From contig RQSC01000014.1 of NCBI GenBank assembly GCA_013416795.1, positions 581,699-645,698 of the forward strand: DNA of 64,000 nt, read 5' to 3'. The notes under the pieces were generated by a model. It did no database searches and was not told where the DNA came from. It saw nothing but the letters and a program-made list of their open reading frames with translations. Position numbers and translations under genes: made by a program. Every line of letters begins with the position of its first letter. Position 1 is the stretch's first letter. This stretch comes from Prasinococcaceae sp. CCMP 1430 (lineage: Eukaryota > Plantae > Prasinodermophyta). Below are positions 32,745 through 43,586 of this stretch, piece after piece.

Positions 32745-34708
32745 ATGGCGCGCATGAGGTCCGGGGTCACCCATGCCGCCACCACCACGGCGGCACTGCT
32801 GCTGCTCGCTATGGCCGTCTGCGACATGCAGCGTGTCAAAGCCGCGGACCCCTTCGATGCGTCGACCGCGGGGCCGGGCTGCTGGGTCATCAAGGATGGC
32901 GGCTATCTGGTCGACGCGGGCGTCGATGACGGTGTGTGTACACATGTTGCGCGGTGCATCGCAGTGCGCGTTTGCTGCGCAAGCAAGGTCGGTCTTTGCA
33001 TGGTCGCACCTCCGCCCGCCAGAGGCGCGCTGCTTCGTCGAGTTGGCGAGATGCGAGGTGATGGCCCTTGGCACGGCAGCCGCGGTGACAGGGTGCTACA
33101 TAGATGAGACATTGGGTCATGCACACACTTGCGCTCGATCATGACAGACGAGCATCAAATTGCTGACAGCCTGGCGCGCGTATCGATCACGCTTGACCCG
33201 CGCCTTGCTGCCCGCGCTCGCTATCACCCACGCGGCGACATCCATCACGCTTGCACGGCGTGCCCAATGGTGGTGTATCGCGATGACGGCGCGGCGGTCC
33301 TGTGGCATCTCGCCAGATGGCGTCAACGTCATTACTTCATACGGATATCCAGTCAAGTACAAGGGAGGCTTTCGTTACAAGGCCGTCATCTCGGTGAGGG
33401 GTCCCGTGCTCCTTACCGCCGACCCTCACTTCGAGCTTGAAGGGAATATGGATGATATGGTATGTAGCGAGGACTATGAGGACGCAGATGACTACGAGGA
33501 CTATGCAGCCGCAGCCTTGGCCTACGACTACTACTACGCCGACTACTCCTTCGCGCCTTTTGCATATGATATCCGCGGATATGAGTATGACGTTGTCGAC
33601 AACCCATACAGCTATCCTCCCGCGTGTGAAGGGCGACGTAGTGTCTCTTGCAGCGACTGGCTGCAGTGGGTGGACGGCTACCAGTACTGCGGTCGATATG
33701 CACCACCCAACGTTTTCGTACAAGAGAACGCGAGCGTGGCGATCGAGTTCCAAAGCGATGGCTCCGTAGCCGGCTCCGGCTTCAGCTTCAACTGCACGAG
33801 GTGCCCAGACGGGTAAGTCTGCCCGTCGTCGTGTGTCGACACTCACTGTAGCAACGCCAGCCTACAGTACTGACACTTTACGCGCGCGCGCACGCTTACC
33901 ACGCACGCATGCGCGGCATGCGTATTGATACAGTCCGGACAAGCCTCCCTGCGACGCCTCAAACGTCACCGTCGCGCTCAACGACGCATCGTCGCAGCCA
34001 GAGTCAGAAGTGCCTGACCCACACGATGACCTGCCCGTGTCGTCTGTGCCGCACACCCAGCCGGGTTGTCACGTTCACCAAGTGGGCAACTTGATTCCGC
34101 TCAACCAGACCCTCGATGCAGACGGAAACATAGCGCGACTCACCACGCTGGACTACGTGGGCAGGTACCCTCCGCGTGCAGCGACCCCCATCTCAATAGT
34201 GGGCCCCGCACATGTCACGTTCGACAGCCGATTCAGGCTCGAATCGCGACTCAGCTTCGACTATGGCTTTGTCAATGACTATGACTACTACTCGTCATCA
34301 AACTTCGTTGGGTGCCCGAGCTCATGCCCCGAAGCGTTCATCGGCGATGGCGTGTGTGACGAGGTGTGCAACTTCGGTGGCTGCGTCGCATCTAGTGGAC
34401 CCAAGACGAACGCGACCAACGCGTCGTCTCAGGGCTCGGGGGTCGTCGGATACGATGGAGGCGACTGTGACCCGCCGGCAAGCGACGATTCGTACGACAA
34501 CAACGGCGTCATTGACAGATGCATGCACTACATCGCGATCGATGGCGAGAAGCACTGCGTGCAGGCACCAGAGTCGCTGTGCATACCAGAGGGCAAGACT
34601 ACCTTCATTCTCTTCGACTCATCTGCTTCGATGCACAGAGCCGACACGATCGGCTTCGCCATGAACTGTACCATGCTCCAAGGGAACGCTACGGAGTGTC
34701 GGACGTGA
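32745..34708 (+). CDS. Secreted protein with two divergent CUB-like domains and an LNR (Notch) repeat; exons 32745-32931, 33317-33812, 33934-34708
   Basis: Signal peptide, ITSYGYP..Y, CSDWL...YCG, IEFQSDGSVAGSGF (CUB signature), CPEAFIGDGVCDEVCN...YDGGDC (LNR). Canonical splice sites keep frame. Confidence 0.7.
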
Positions 34709-34777
34709 CGTGCGCCCCGTCGAGGCAATAGAGACCGGAACGGTCGACTGGCCGCGCAGGTAAGAGAGGGGCAATTA

Positions 34778-35582
34778 TTAACTAGTACTGTGGCGACCTC
34801 GCCGGGCGGCGCTGCCGCCCGCGTGCTCGGTGAGCCACGCGGGCATGCCCTGGTCGTCGGCGGCGCCCGCCTCGCGCAGCGCCTCGGTCATCACCGAGTC
34901 GAGGAGCGAGAGCGCGTGGCCGTGCGGCCACGTCTGGCACGCGCCCACGGCGCACCGCCCCGCGAGCACGGCGTCGACGTCGCCGCGCGCGCTCGCGTCC
35001 ACGAGGAGCGTGCCGGCGCCCACGCGGAACGCAGTCGGCAACGGCCGGTCGGCGACCGCGCCGCGGCCGGCGCGGCCCTCGCGCGCGTCCGCCAGGACCT
35101 GCGCGGCGTTAAGCTGCGGCACGAAGGTCGCGCCGTCGGAGGTGGGCGCGGACGCGCCGCCCACCGTTTGCAGCGGCAGCGAGCGGCCGAAGAGGTCCTG
35201 CTGCCGAGGCTGCTGCGGCTGCCGCTGCTGCTGCGGAGGACGGGGAGGTCCGCCTGCGCCCTCGGGAGCGCGATGGCGGCCGCCCTCCGTGTCGTACACC
35301 GGCTCCACCTGCTCCTGGTGCCACAGCACGCCGGGGCGCGCCGGCGCGAAGCGCCCGCCGGCGCTGGCTCGCCAGCGGGCGGGCGCGTGGAGCGCGACGT
35401 AGACGTCGCCGTCTCGGAACGCCTGCGCGAGCACCGCGCGCCGCTCCGCCGGGGAGAGCGCCGCCGCGCGCACCTCTTCCTCGGTGGGCACCGACAGGGC
35501 GGCCGCGCCGCCCAGCGACCAGCAGTCGGCCGCGGCGAATCCGTCGCTGCCCGCCGCCGCGTCCGCGCCGAGGCTGCGCGTG
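34778..35582 (-). CDS. Hypothetical protein, 3' part (5' end in N gap)
   Basis: Open frame with high GC3 and a protein-like sequence running from the gap to TAA. Confidence 0.45.
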
Positions 35583-36204
35583 NNNNNNNNNNNNNNNNNN
35601 NNNNNNNNNNNNNNNNNNNNNNNNNNNNNNNNNNNNNNNNNNNNNNNNNNNNNNNNNNNNNNNNNNNNNNNNNNNNNNNNNNNNNNNNNNNNNNNNNNNN
35701 NNNNNNNNNNNNNNNNNNNNNNNNNNNNNNNNNNNNNNNNNNNNNNNNNNNNNNNNNNNNNNNNNNNNNNNNNNNNNNNNNNNNNNNNNNNNNNNNNNNN
35801 NNNNNNNNNNNNNNNNNNNNNNNNNNNNNNNNNNNNNNNNNNNNNNNNNNNNNNNNNNNNNNNNNNNNNNNNNNNNNNNNNNNNNNNNNNNNNNNNNNNN
35901 NNNNNNNNNNNNNNNNNNNNNNNNNNNNNNNNNNNNNNNNNNNNNNNNNNNNNNNNNNNNNNNNNNNNNNNNNNNNNNNNNNNNNNNNNNNNNNNNNNNN
36001 NNNNNNNNNNNNNNNNCGCCGCCGTTCGCCACGCTCGTGTGGCGCGAGGCGCGCGCGTGCGCGCCATGGCGTGCGGGTTCGGATCGGATCGCGCGCGCGT
36101 GGCGCACCGACGCGCGAAAACAGTTACGTACATAAGAATGAATCGCGTGCATTGTTTATTCCCGCGCCGCTCCGGTGACTGAAGGCGCGCCTCCGCCCTC
36201 TCAG

Positions 36205-37040
36205 CTAGGTCCACCGCGACCAGCCGTACGCGGCGAGCGCGAGCGCCTGGCCGCTGAGGATGGTGGTCGCGGCGTAGCCGTACGCCCGCGCGGCCCCGTG
36301 GCCGTGCCGCGGGACGAGCATGGCGTGCATCTCGCCCGCCCAGCTGCTGACGGTGCTCAGCCCGCCGTCCAGGCCCAGCGCGATGCCCTTGAACGCCAGG
36401 TCGCTGCCGACGCTGTGGATGCGGCTGTCGAGCGCCGCGTCGACGGCGTTGATGAGGCTGCCCAGCATGTTGGCGGCGAAGGTGCCCCACGGCCACCCCG
36501 GGCGGTTGAGCTCTGCGCTGAGCACCCGCCGCACGGCCACGCCGACCGGCGCGAGCAGCAGGGCGACCCACCACTCGCGCCTGTACTGGTGCTCGGGCGC
36601 CGTGTCGACGACGACCCCCGCCGTGGCGGCGGCCAGCGACCCCAAGGCCAGGGCGATGAACGCGGCGTCCAAGAGGTCGATGGCAGCCCCGCCTCCTTCT
36701 TCTCCCGCCTGCTGCTTGCTGTCGGTGGGGCGAGGAGGAGGGGGCTCCTCCTGCTCGGGCTCCTCCTGCTGCTGCTCGTCGGCGGTGGCGGCATCGCCAC
36801 CTCGCTGCCGGTGTTGCCTGAGGGGTGACAGTTCGATCTCGCGATGGCCGCTCGGGGCGGCGCGCGATCCGTTGCTGCCGCCGCCGACCGCTCCGCCTTC
36901 GGCGATGGCGGCAGCCGCGGCGCCGCTCTCCTTCGATTCGACGAGCGCCGAATCGGCGTCGCCCCCCCCGGTCAAGGCGTCCCTGCTGCCGGCGGAGGAC
37001 CCAGAGCCGCACCTCCGCTCGACGAGCACGCGCACGCAGG
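36205..37040 (-). CDS. Fluoride export (Fluc/CrcB/FEX) protein, C-terminal Fluc domain only
   Basis: LLAPVGVAVRRVL, PWGTFAANMLGS, GLDGGLSTVSSWAGE match Fluc motifs. No start codon or first Fluc domain. Confidence 0.75.
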
Positions 37041-37074
37041 CGCACGCGCACGGCGCCGCGCACGGCGCCGCGCC

Positions 37075-37510
37075 GCGGAATCGGCGCGTTGGAACGTACG
37101 CCTTCATGCCACCTGAGGCGTTTTCCACGTCTGATAGCGACATGGACGGTTCGTACGACGAGCGCTGCGACGTGTACTCCTTCGGCGTGCTGCTGTGGAC
37201 GCTCATGACCCGCGAGCGACCGTGGCAGCGTTGTGGCAGCCGCAAGGAGCTGGTGGCGCGCGTGACGTCTGGCGAGCGGCCACCGTTGCGCCTGCCGCAC
37301 GCGGAGATGCTCCGTCCGCAGCCGCCGCAGCTCGTTCACCTGTGGCCAGCGGGCACCCCTCCAGGGGTGGCCTCTCGCTTCGCCGAGCTCGTGCGCGCGT
37401 GCTGGCACCACGAGCCCGCGGCACGCCCGGACATGTCCACTGCGATCACCGAGCTGCAGGCGATCGCTGCAGAAAGCGCCGCCGCCGCCGCCAGGGCCCC
37501 CTCGCGCTAA
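37075..37510 (+). CDS. Protein kinase (TKL-like), C-lobe fragment only
   Basis: VGTYAFMPPE, CDVYSFGVLLW, PW, G.RP, CWHHEPAARP (subdomains VIII-XI). No HRD, DFG or N-lobe upstream. Confidence 0.8.
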
Positions 37511-37683
37511 GCGCGCGCGCATGGCGGTGTGACGAATTGAAGGCGCCTGGTGGGCTCTGCGCGCCCCACGCGCGTCTACCACGCCCGTTCCTCCCAGCAG
37601 CGGCTTTCGACGCCAAATACGGCCCGCAGTGACACAGTGACGCAGAGAATCGTTGTATACCAAGTTAACAGTACCAATTAATG

Positions 37684-38034
37684 CTAGTCGCACACGGACG
37701 GCGTGGAGGGCGCAACGCACGCCGTGCTGTCGTCAGAGAGCGACGGCGCCGCGTCGTCCGCGAGCTCCTCAAGCGCGAGCGCGGCGAGGCCGTCCAGCGC
37801 ATCGTGTCCCTCCCCCCCGACGCCGAGTCCAGCGCCCGCTTCGACGCCCGCACCCGCCCCCACTTCGGCGAGCGCGTCCAGCGCGGGCGCGGTGCCGGCT
37901 TCGCAGCCGTCGCCCTCGCCGTTGAGAGCGCCAGAGGTGCGCGCGAGCCGTCGCTGTCCCATCACCCATAGCGTGAGGGCGTACCTGTCCGGTGCGTCGA
38001 TGGAGATCGGAAGCACCTCATGGCGCGTGGCGTC
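37684..38034 (-). CDS. 2OG-Fe(II) oxygenase (EGLN/P4H-like), C-terminal fragment
   Basis: D...RHEVLP...RYALTLW motif immediately after a single-N contig join at 38035. Confidence 0.6.
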   Translation of the reverse strand, partial: DATRHEVLPISIDAPDRYALTLWVMGQRRLARTSGALNGEGDGCEAGTAPALDALAEVGAGAGVEAGAGLGVGGEGHDALDGLAALALEELADDAAPSLSDDSTACVAPSTPSVCD

Positions 38035-38099
38035 NAAAAAAAAAAAAAAAGGGTGGGTGACGCAAAAAAAAAAAAGGCGCGCGCGTGCGCACAAAAATG

Positions 38100-38202
38100 T
38101 GCGTCGGCCGGGAATCGAACCCGGGTCTCCACCGAGATGCAAGGAGCAACGAGTGCCAGAAAAGGTTGGCAGGGTGGTATTCTACCACTAGACCACCGAC
38201 AC
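38100..38202 (-). tRNA. tRNA-Gly(GCC) with a 32-nt intron at canonical position 37/38 (38135-38166)
   Basis: GTGTCGG-TGGTCTAGTGGTAGAATA-CCACC-CTGCCA-[intron]-C-GGTGG-AGAC-CCGGG-TTCGATT-CCCGG-CCGACGC-A. Stems pair and a TTTTT Pol III terminator follows. Confidence 0.95.
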
Positions 38203-38780
38203 GAAACCTTAAACCCGGCGCGAAAATTTGCGGCATATCTTTCTGCACGTCGCCTCGCGTTGCGTCCCGTGTGCGCGACCCGATCCTCCCCGCCGTCCCG
38301 CGCGATTTCGATTTTTTCGCCCGACAGAGGATGGCGCGCACGTGTCCCCTTCGAACTGATGGCGCAGAATTGCCCTGGCGTGGCGCCGATGTGCTGTGAT
38401 GGCCCCGGCCGCGCGCGCGCGCGCAGCGTGCCACAGCGCGCGCGCGGCCGGGGCGGCTNNNNNNNNNNNNNNNNNNNNNNNNNNNNNNNNNNNNNNNNNN
38501 NNNNNNNNNNNNNNNNNNNNNNNNNNNNNNNNNNNNNNNNNNNNNNNNNNNNNNNNNNNNNNNNNNNNNNNNNNNNNNNNNNNNNNNNNNNNNNNNNNNN
38601 NNNNNNNNNNNNNNNNNNNNNNNNNNNNNNNNNNNNNNNNNNNNNNNNNNNNNNNNNNNNNNNNNNNNNNNNNNNNNNNNNCCTCCTTCCCCCCGTGAAA
38701 AAAAGGAGCGCCCCGGGCGGGCCGCCCTCGCTCCGCTCCCTATGGGGCCGCCGCCGCCCTCAGAGCTTCGCTCCGCGGCC

Positions 38781-39784
38781 ATGATGGCGCCCTCCCCAAC
38801 AAACCTGAGCGGCGGCGACTCCTCCTCCTCCGCCTCGCCGACCGGCGCGGCGATCGAGGGCGACTGGTACGTCCGCGACTACGACGGTCCGGGCTCGCTG
38901 GCGGCGGCGACGCGCTCGGGCTGCAAGCTGTCCATCTGGCAGTCGCTGCGCGCGCGCTTCGGCGCCACGAGCCGCCAGCGCGCGCTCGAGCGGCACGCCG
39001 TCGTGCTCGACGCGCGGCGCGGCGCGCTCGTCAGCGAGGCGTGGGCGTGCGAGACGGCCTCGCAGTCGGACAGCAGCAGCCGCAGCGGGCAGCCGAGCGC
39101 GCGCGACGCCGCGGCCGCCTTTGAGGGGGAGCAGGGGCACAGCAGCCTGCTGGGCACGCTGCCGCTGCGCGACGTGCTCGGCGCGGCGCCCATGCCGCCC
39201 GCCGGCCCGGGCGAGCCGCTGCACACGCAGGGGCGCGCGCGGCTGGCCATCCACACCTTCGTCAAGGACCGCAAGGAGCCCTCCAAGCTCGTGCCGCGCA
39301 CGCTGCTCTTCACGCCCGCGTACGACCAGGACGCCGACGGCGACGACCCGCCGCTGCTGCCGGGCGAGGCGGTCGCGGGCGAGCACCAAGTGTCCACCTG
39401 GCACGCGGCGCTCGAGAAGGCGCTGCGCGCCAACAAGGAGCGGCCGCGCTCGCTGATCGTGCTGGTCAACCCCGTGGGCGGCAAGGGGCGCGCGCGCGCG
39501 GTGTGGTCGGAGACCGCCGAGCCCGTCATGGCGGCGGCCGGCATCAACGTGGAGGTGCACGAGACGCAGTACGCCGGCCACGCCGAGGAGATGCTGCGCA
39601 GCCTGCCCGCGGAGCGGCTGCTGTCGCTCGACGGCGTGGTGGTGGTCGGCGGCGACGGCATCACGGCGGAGGCCATCAACGGGATCGTCGCCAACGAGGA
39701 GTACCAGGCGGCGCTGGCGGCCGGCGCGGACGAGGCCGTGGAGATGTACAACAGCCGAGCGGCGCCGCGCGACGCCGCCCCCGA

Positions 39785-39821
<37 letters not shown>

Positions 39822-39866
39822 GAGGGCACGGGGAACGGCGACGCGAACGGCGCCGGCCCCGCCCCC

Positions 39867-39908
<42 letters not shown>

Positions 39909-40072
39909 GAGGAGGAGGAGGAAGAGGAAAAGGACGACGAGGAAAAGGGCGAGGAGAACGCACAGGCGGCGAAGGGGACCTCGAAGCAGCAGCAGCAGCA
40001 GCAGCACCAGCAGCAGGAGGAGGGCAAGGAGGACAAGCAACGGCCCTCTTCAGAGGCCTCGGCGGCTCACAG

Positions 40073-40103
<31 letters not shown>

Positions 40104-42006
40104 GAGGCCGTCGATCAAAGGTCCCAAATGCCGCGGCCTCGGCAGCAGAGCGGGCTCGACATCCGCAACGTGGGCATCGGAGGGATGGTGCTGTGCCCCC
40201 CGGCGGCCGACTCGGTCTTCGACGGCTCGCAGATCGACGTGACCAACGTGGTCGAGCCGAAGAGCCCCGGTCCCGCCGCCAAGATGGAGGAGCAGCGGCG
40301 GCGCAGCGGCTCCTCGCCAGCACCCGCACCCTCGCCAGCACCCGCACCCTCGCCAGCACCCGCACCCGCACCCGCACCCGCACCAGCACCCGCACCATCA
40401 CCACAACCACCAGCAGCGCCGCACCCCCTCCCCCCGTCCACAAACCCCAGCAACAACAACTCCAGCAGCAACAACCAGCACTCGCCCTCCGCCGCCCCCC
40501 CCACACCAACAAACACAACCCACTCCAACACCACCACCAACAACAACAACCCCCCTCAACAACACGCCCAGCAGCCCAAGTCCCGCCTCTCCGGGCGCCC
40601 GCCCCTCCCGGGCGGCGCCCCGGCCCCGCACCCCGCACAGAAGCAGAAGAAGAAGGCCAAGAAGCAGAGGGCCGTCGTGGAGAGCATCCTGCAGAGGCGC
40701 CTGCGCGTGGGCGTCATCCCGGCGGGCTCGACGGACGCCGTGGCGTGCTCCACCACGGGCACGCGCGACCCGGCGACCGCCTCGCTGTGGATCGCGCTGG
40801 GCGCGCGGCTGCCCATCGACGTCGCCGAGGTGGACGACCCGCGCGGCGGCACGGCGGCGGTGTCGGGCACGGTGGGCAGCGGCAGCGGCAAGCGGCACGT
40901 GGTGTCCTTCCTGGGGTACGGCTACTACGGCGACATCATCCGCACGTCGGACAGCATGCGCTTCCTCGGGCCCGCGCGCTACGACGTCATGGGCGCGCTG
41001 GCGTTCTTCCTGGGCCGCACGTACGCCGCGCGCGTGAGCTTCCTGCCGCCCGTGGAGAACCCCGACGCCGACCTCGAGGCGTGCCGCCAGGACTTCGACG
41101 CGCCGCTGTGCGCCGCCGGCGACGACCTCAACCACCAGGCGGCGGAGGCCATGGCCGAGGCGGTGGCCAACCGCGTGACGGGGCGGCAGCGCAGGCTGAG
41201 CCTCGGCCAGAAGCTCGGCAGGGCGCTCAAGCAGCTCGACGCCAACCGGCCGGAGGGCGAGTCGCCCGCCACGTCGCAGGCGAGCTCGCAGGCGCCCTCG
41301 CTGCTCGCCTCGCCGGTGGGCGCCCCGACCCAGTGGGGGGCCGCCGCGAGCGACGCCTCGCCCGCCGCCGCCGCTCGCCGCGAGCAAGGGGATGAACGGC
41401 AGCGGGGGGCGCGCCCGGGGGCGGCCGAGCTCCTCGTCGGGCGCGTCGCGCCGGCTCTCGCTGGACAGCCCCGCCGGCGGCGGCCAGGACGCCCCCAAGT
41501 CGGACGACGAGCAGCGGAACGGCGCCGCGCGCCCCGGGCAGCGCCCCGCAAACGCGCCGGGGTCCCCGACGAACGCCGACGAGAGGAGGCAGCAAGGCGG
41601 CCCCCGCTGGATGACCATCGAGGGCGAGTTCAAGGTGGTCGGCTGCGCGGTGCTGAGCTGCCGCTGCGACCAGGCGCCCGACGGCCTCGCCAAGTACGCG
41701 CAGATCTGCGACGGCAACATGCAGCTCTTCCTCGTGCGCAACTGCTCCCGCTGGCAGTTCCTGCGCCACCTGGCGGCCCTCGCGTTCGGCGGCAACGCCT
41801 TCGACTTCGACTTCGTGGAGCTGTACAAGGTCTCGGGCGTGCACGTGGAGCCGCTGCACGGCGCCGACGCCGCCCGCGTCGCGGGCAAGGACATGGCGCA
41901 CCGGTCGTCGTGGAACGTCGACGGCGAGGTGGGCCACGGCACGCTCTTGGCGAGCGCCAAGCGCGGGCTGGTGGACGTCTTCGCGCGCGGGCCCGAGCTG
42001 GCGTGA
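38781..42006 (+). CDS. Ceramide kinase (ACD5/CERK-like, DAGK catalytic family); apparent frameshift near 41340-41392
   Basis: VLVNPVGGKG, VGGDG, IPAGSTDA, GYGYYGD, GPARY, SCRC..APDGL, WNVDGE. The last motifs lie in the shifted frame 41392-42006. Confidence 0.85.
39790..40600 (+). repeat. Coding low-complexity tracts: (GGC)n, (CAG)n, (GAG)n, (AGC)n, PA/SPAPAP repeats, (AAC)n
   Basis: Read directly. They encode polyG, polyQ, polyE, polyS, polyN and PA repeats inside the kinase. Confidence 0.85.
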
Positions 42007-42155
42007 GCGCGCCGCGGCGCCCCGGCGGGAGGAGCGCGGCCACGCGAGGCCGGCCGCGCGCGCCCAACAATCGCCACCCGATCCACATGTAATTAATTAA
42101 TACAGGACGACCTCGCGCTCGCCGGCGCCAGGGGCGCGCGCCCGGAGGAGGAGCC

Positions 42156-42722
42156 CTAGCAGACGTAGAGGTCCGGCAGCGGCACGATCCACCTGCCGCC
42201 GCGCCTGGCGAACTCCGCGTGCGAGTCGATGATCGACCGCGCGAAGTTCCACGCCAGCACGACCACGTAGTCGGGCCGCGTCGCCTCGTCCTCGCTGAGC
42301 AGCGCGTCCGGCGGCACCACCGGCACGTGCAGCCCGGGCGTGTACAGCCCCTGCTTGAGCGGGTTGTCGTCCATGACGTACTCCACCAGTGACGAGTCGA
42401 TGCCGAAGTGGTACATGAGCGTCGTCGCTTTGGCGGGCGCGCCGTACGCCGCCACGCGAAGGCCGGCGCCCTTGAGGCCCCTGAGCAGCGAGCTGAGCTC
42501 GAGGCCCTTGCGGTCGATGCTCGCAGACCACCCCACGAAGGTGGAGGCGCGATCGAGGCCGGCGGCGCGCTCGGCCGCGACGAGCGCGCGCACGCTGCCG
42601 TCGTCGCGTAGCAGCGGCGGCGCGGGCGCGCCCCCGCCTCCGCCTCCGCCCTCTTCGCCTCCGCCGCCCAGCAGCTCGTCGTCGATGGGCACGCGCTCGA
42701 CCTTTTGCACGACGCAGCGCTG
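42156..42722 (-). CDS. NDP-hexose C-methyltransferase-like protein, C-terminal (Methyltransf_14-type) domain; 5'-truncated
   Basis: VAAYGAPAKATTL...YVMDDNPLKQGLYTPG.HVPV...PDYVVVLAWNFA..I......GGRWIVPLP is the characteristic C-terminus of TcaB9/EryBIII-type enzymes. Confidence 0.85.
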   Translation of the reverse strand, partial: QRCVVQKVERVPIDDELLGGGGEEGGGGGGGAPAPPLLRDDGSVRALVAAERAAGLDRASTFVGWSASIDRKGLELSSLLRGLKGAGLRVAAYGAPAKATTLMYHFGIDSSLVEYVMDDNPLKQGLYTPGLHVPVVPPDALLSEDEATRPDYVVVLAWNFARSIIDSHAEFARRGGRWIVPLPDLYVC

Positions 42723-43586
42723 TGCGGCGCGGCGGAGGGCGCGGCGGTGCCGACGGCGACGAGGGCGGCACGCACGGCGCCCTGCTGCGGCGCGAGGTGC
42801 ACCGCGACGAGGGCGGCGACGGGTCCGACGAGGATGGCGCCGGCGCGTCGGGGAACGGCGGGGCCGGCGACGAGGGGCTGCTGGCGGGCCTGCTGAGCAA
42901 CGGCGACGCCGAAAAGGTGTGTGTTTCGGCGTTTGGTTGGTTGGTTGGTTGGTGGGTGCTTTTTTTGGTGTGTTTTGTGTGTGTGTGTGTCATTGTGTTG
43001 TTGTGTGCACGCCCGCGCGCTGACATGCGCTGCCGGCGCGCGCGCCACCAGGCGAAGTCTGGCGTCGGGCGTGTGCTCAACCACGACGCGATGGTCGCCG
43101 CTGGTCACGACGCCGACGGCGACGCGAGCGTGCGAGCGCGCGCTGCGGCCGCGCGCGCGCCGCTGCTGATCTTTTTTTCTCGCCGCGCCGGAAAATCGTC
43201 ATGCGTTCAGAACTGTCAGAAATGAGTTTGAGCTGTCAGGTCTGAGCCACAGCTGCGGGCGCTCTGAGACAAGGAAGGCGCGCTCCCGCCCCACGCAGAA
43301 AGGAGGCGGACGAGGCGATTTCGCCAAAAGATCGGAGCCGTTGCGCTTCCGCCTACCGTCCCATCATGTGTGTGTCGTTGAGGAGCGCGTGCCCCCCCCC
43401 CGCCTCATGCGGGCAGGACGCGTGGCATGGTGCAATGGCGATGGCGATGGCGCGTCACCATCCAAACGTGGCTTTGCCCGTTCACCAGACCCTGACTGTG
43501 GAGAATGCTTGCGGACGGCCGTTTTCGAGGCACGGACGCGAGCACGCTCGCGCGCGGCAGCGCAGCCACCGTCGAGTACCGTCAAG

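Noticed and set aside
9795-34708. A co-regulated surface-glycan cluster (sulfotransferase, PT/SMB protein, O-FucT, CUB/LNR protein)
   Set aside because: The genes are interspersed with unrelated housekeeping genes and no shared regulatory motif was seen.
34778-37720. 980-aa ORF spanning the N gap
   Set aside because: Artefact of reading through Ns and antisense to other genes.
4700-41392. Apparent frameshifts or missing ATGs (GPDH, COQ9, 26.8-kb ORF, O-FucT, 31.9-kb ORF, CERK) as programmed frameshifting or non-AUG initiation
   Set aside because: All fall in extreme-GC or low-complexity tracts of a gappy draft with no shared slippery motif, so sequencing error is the simpler explanation.
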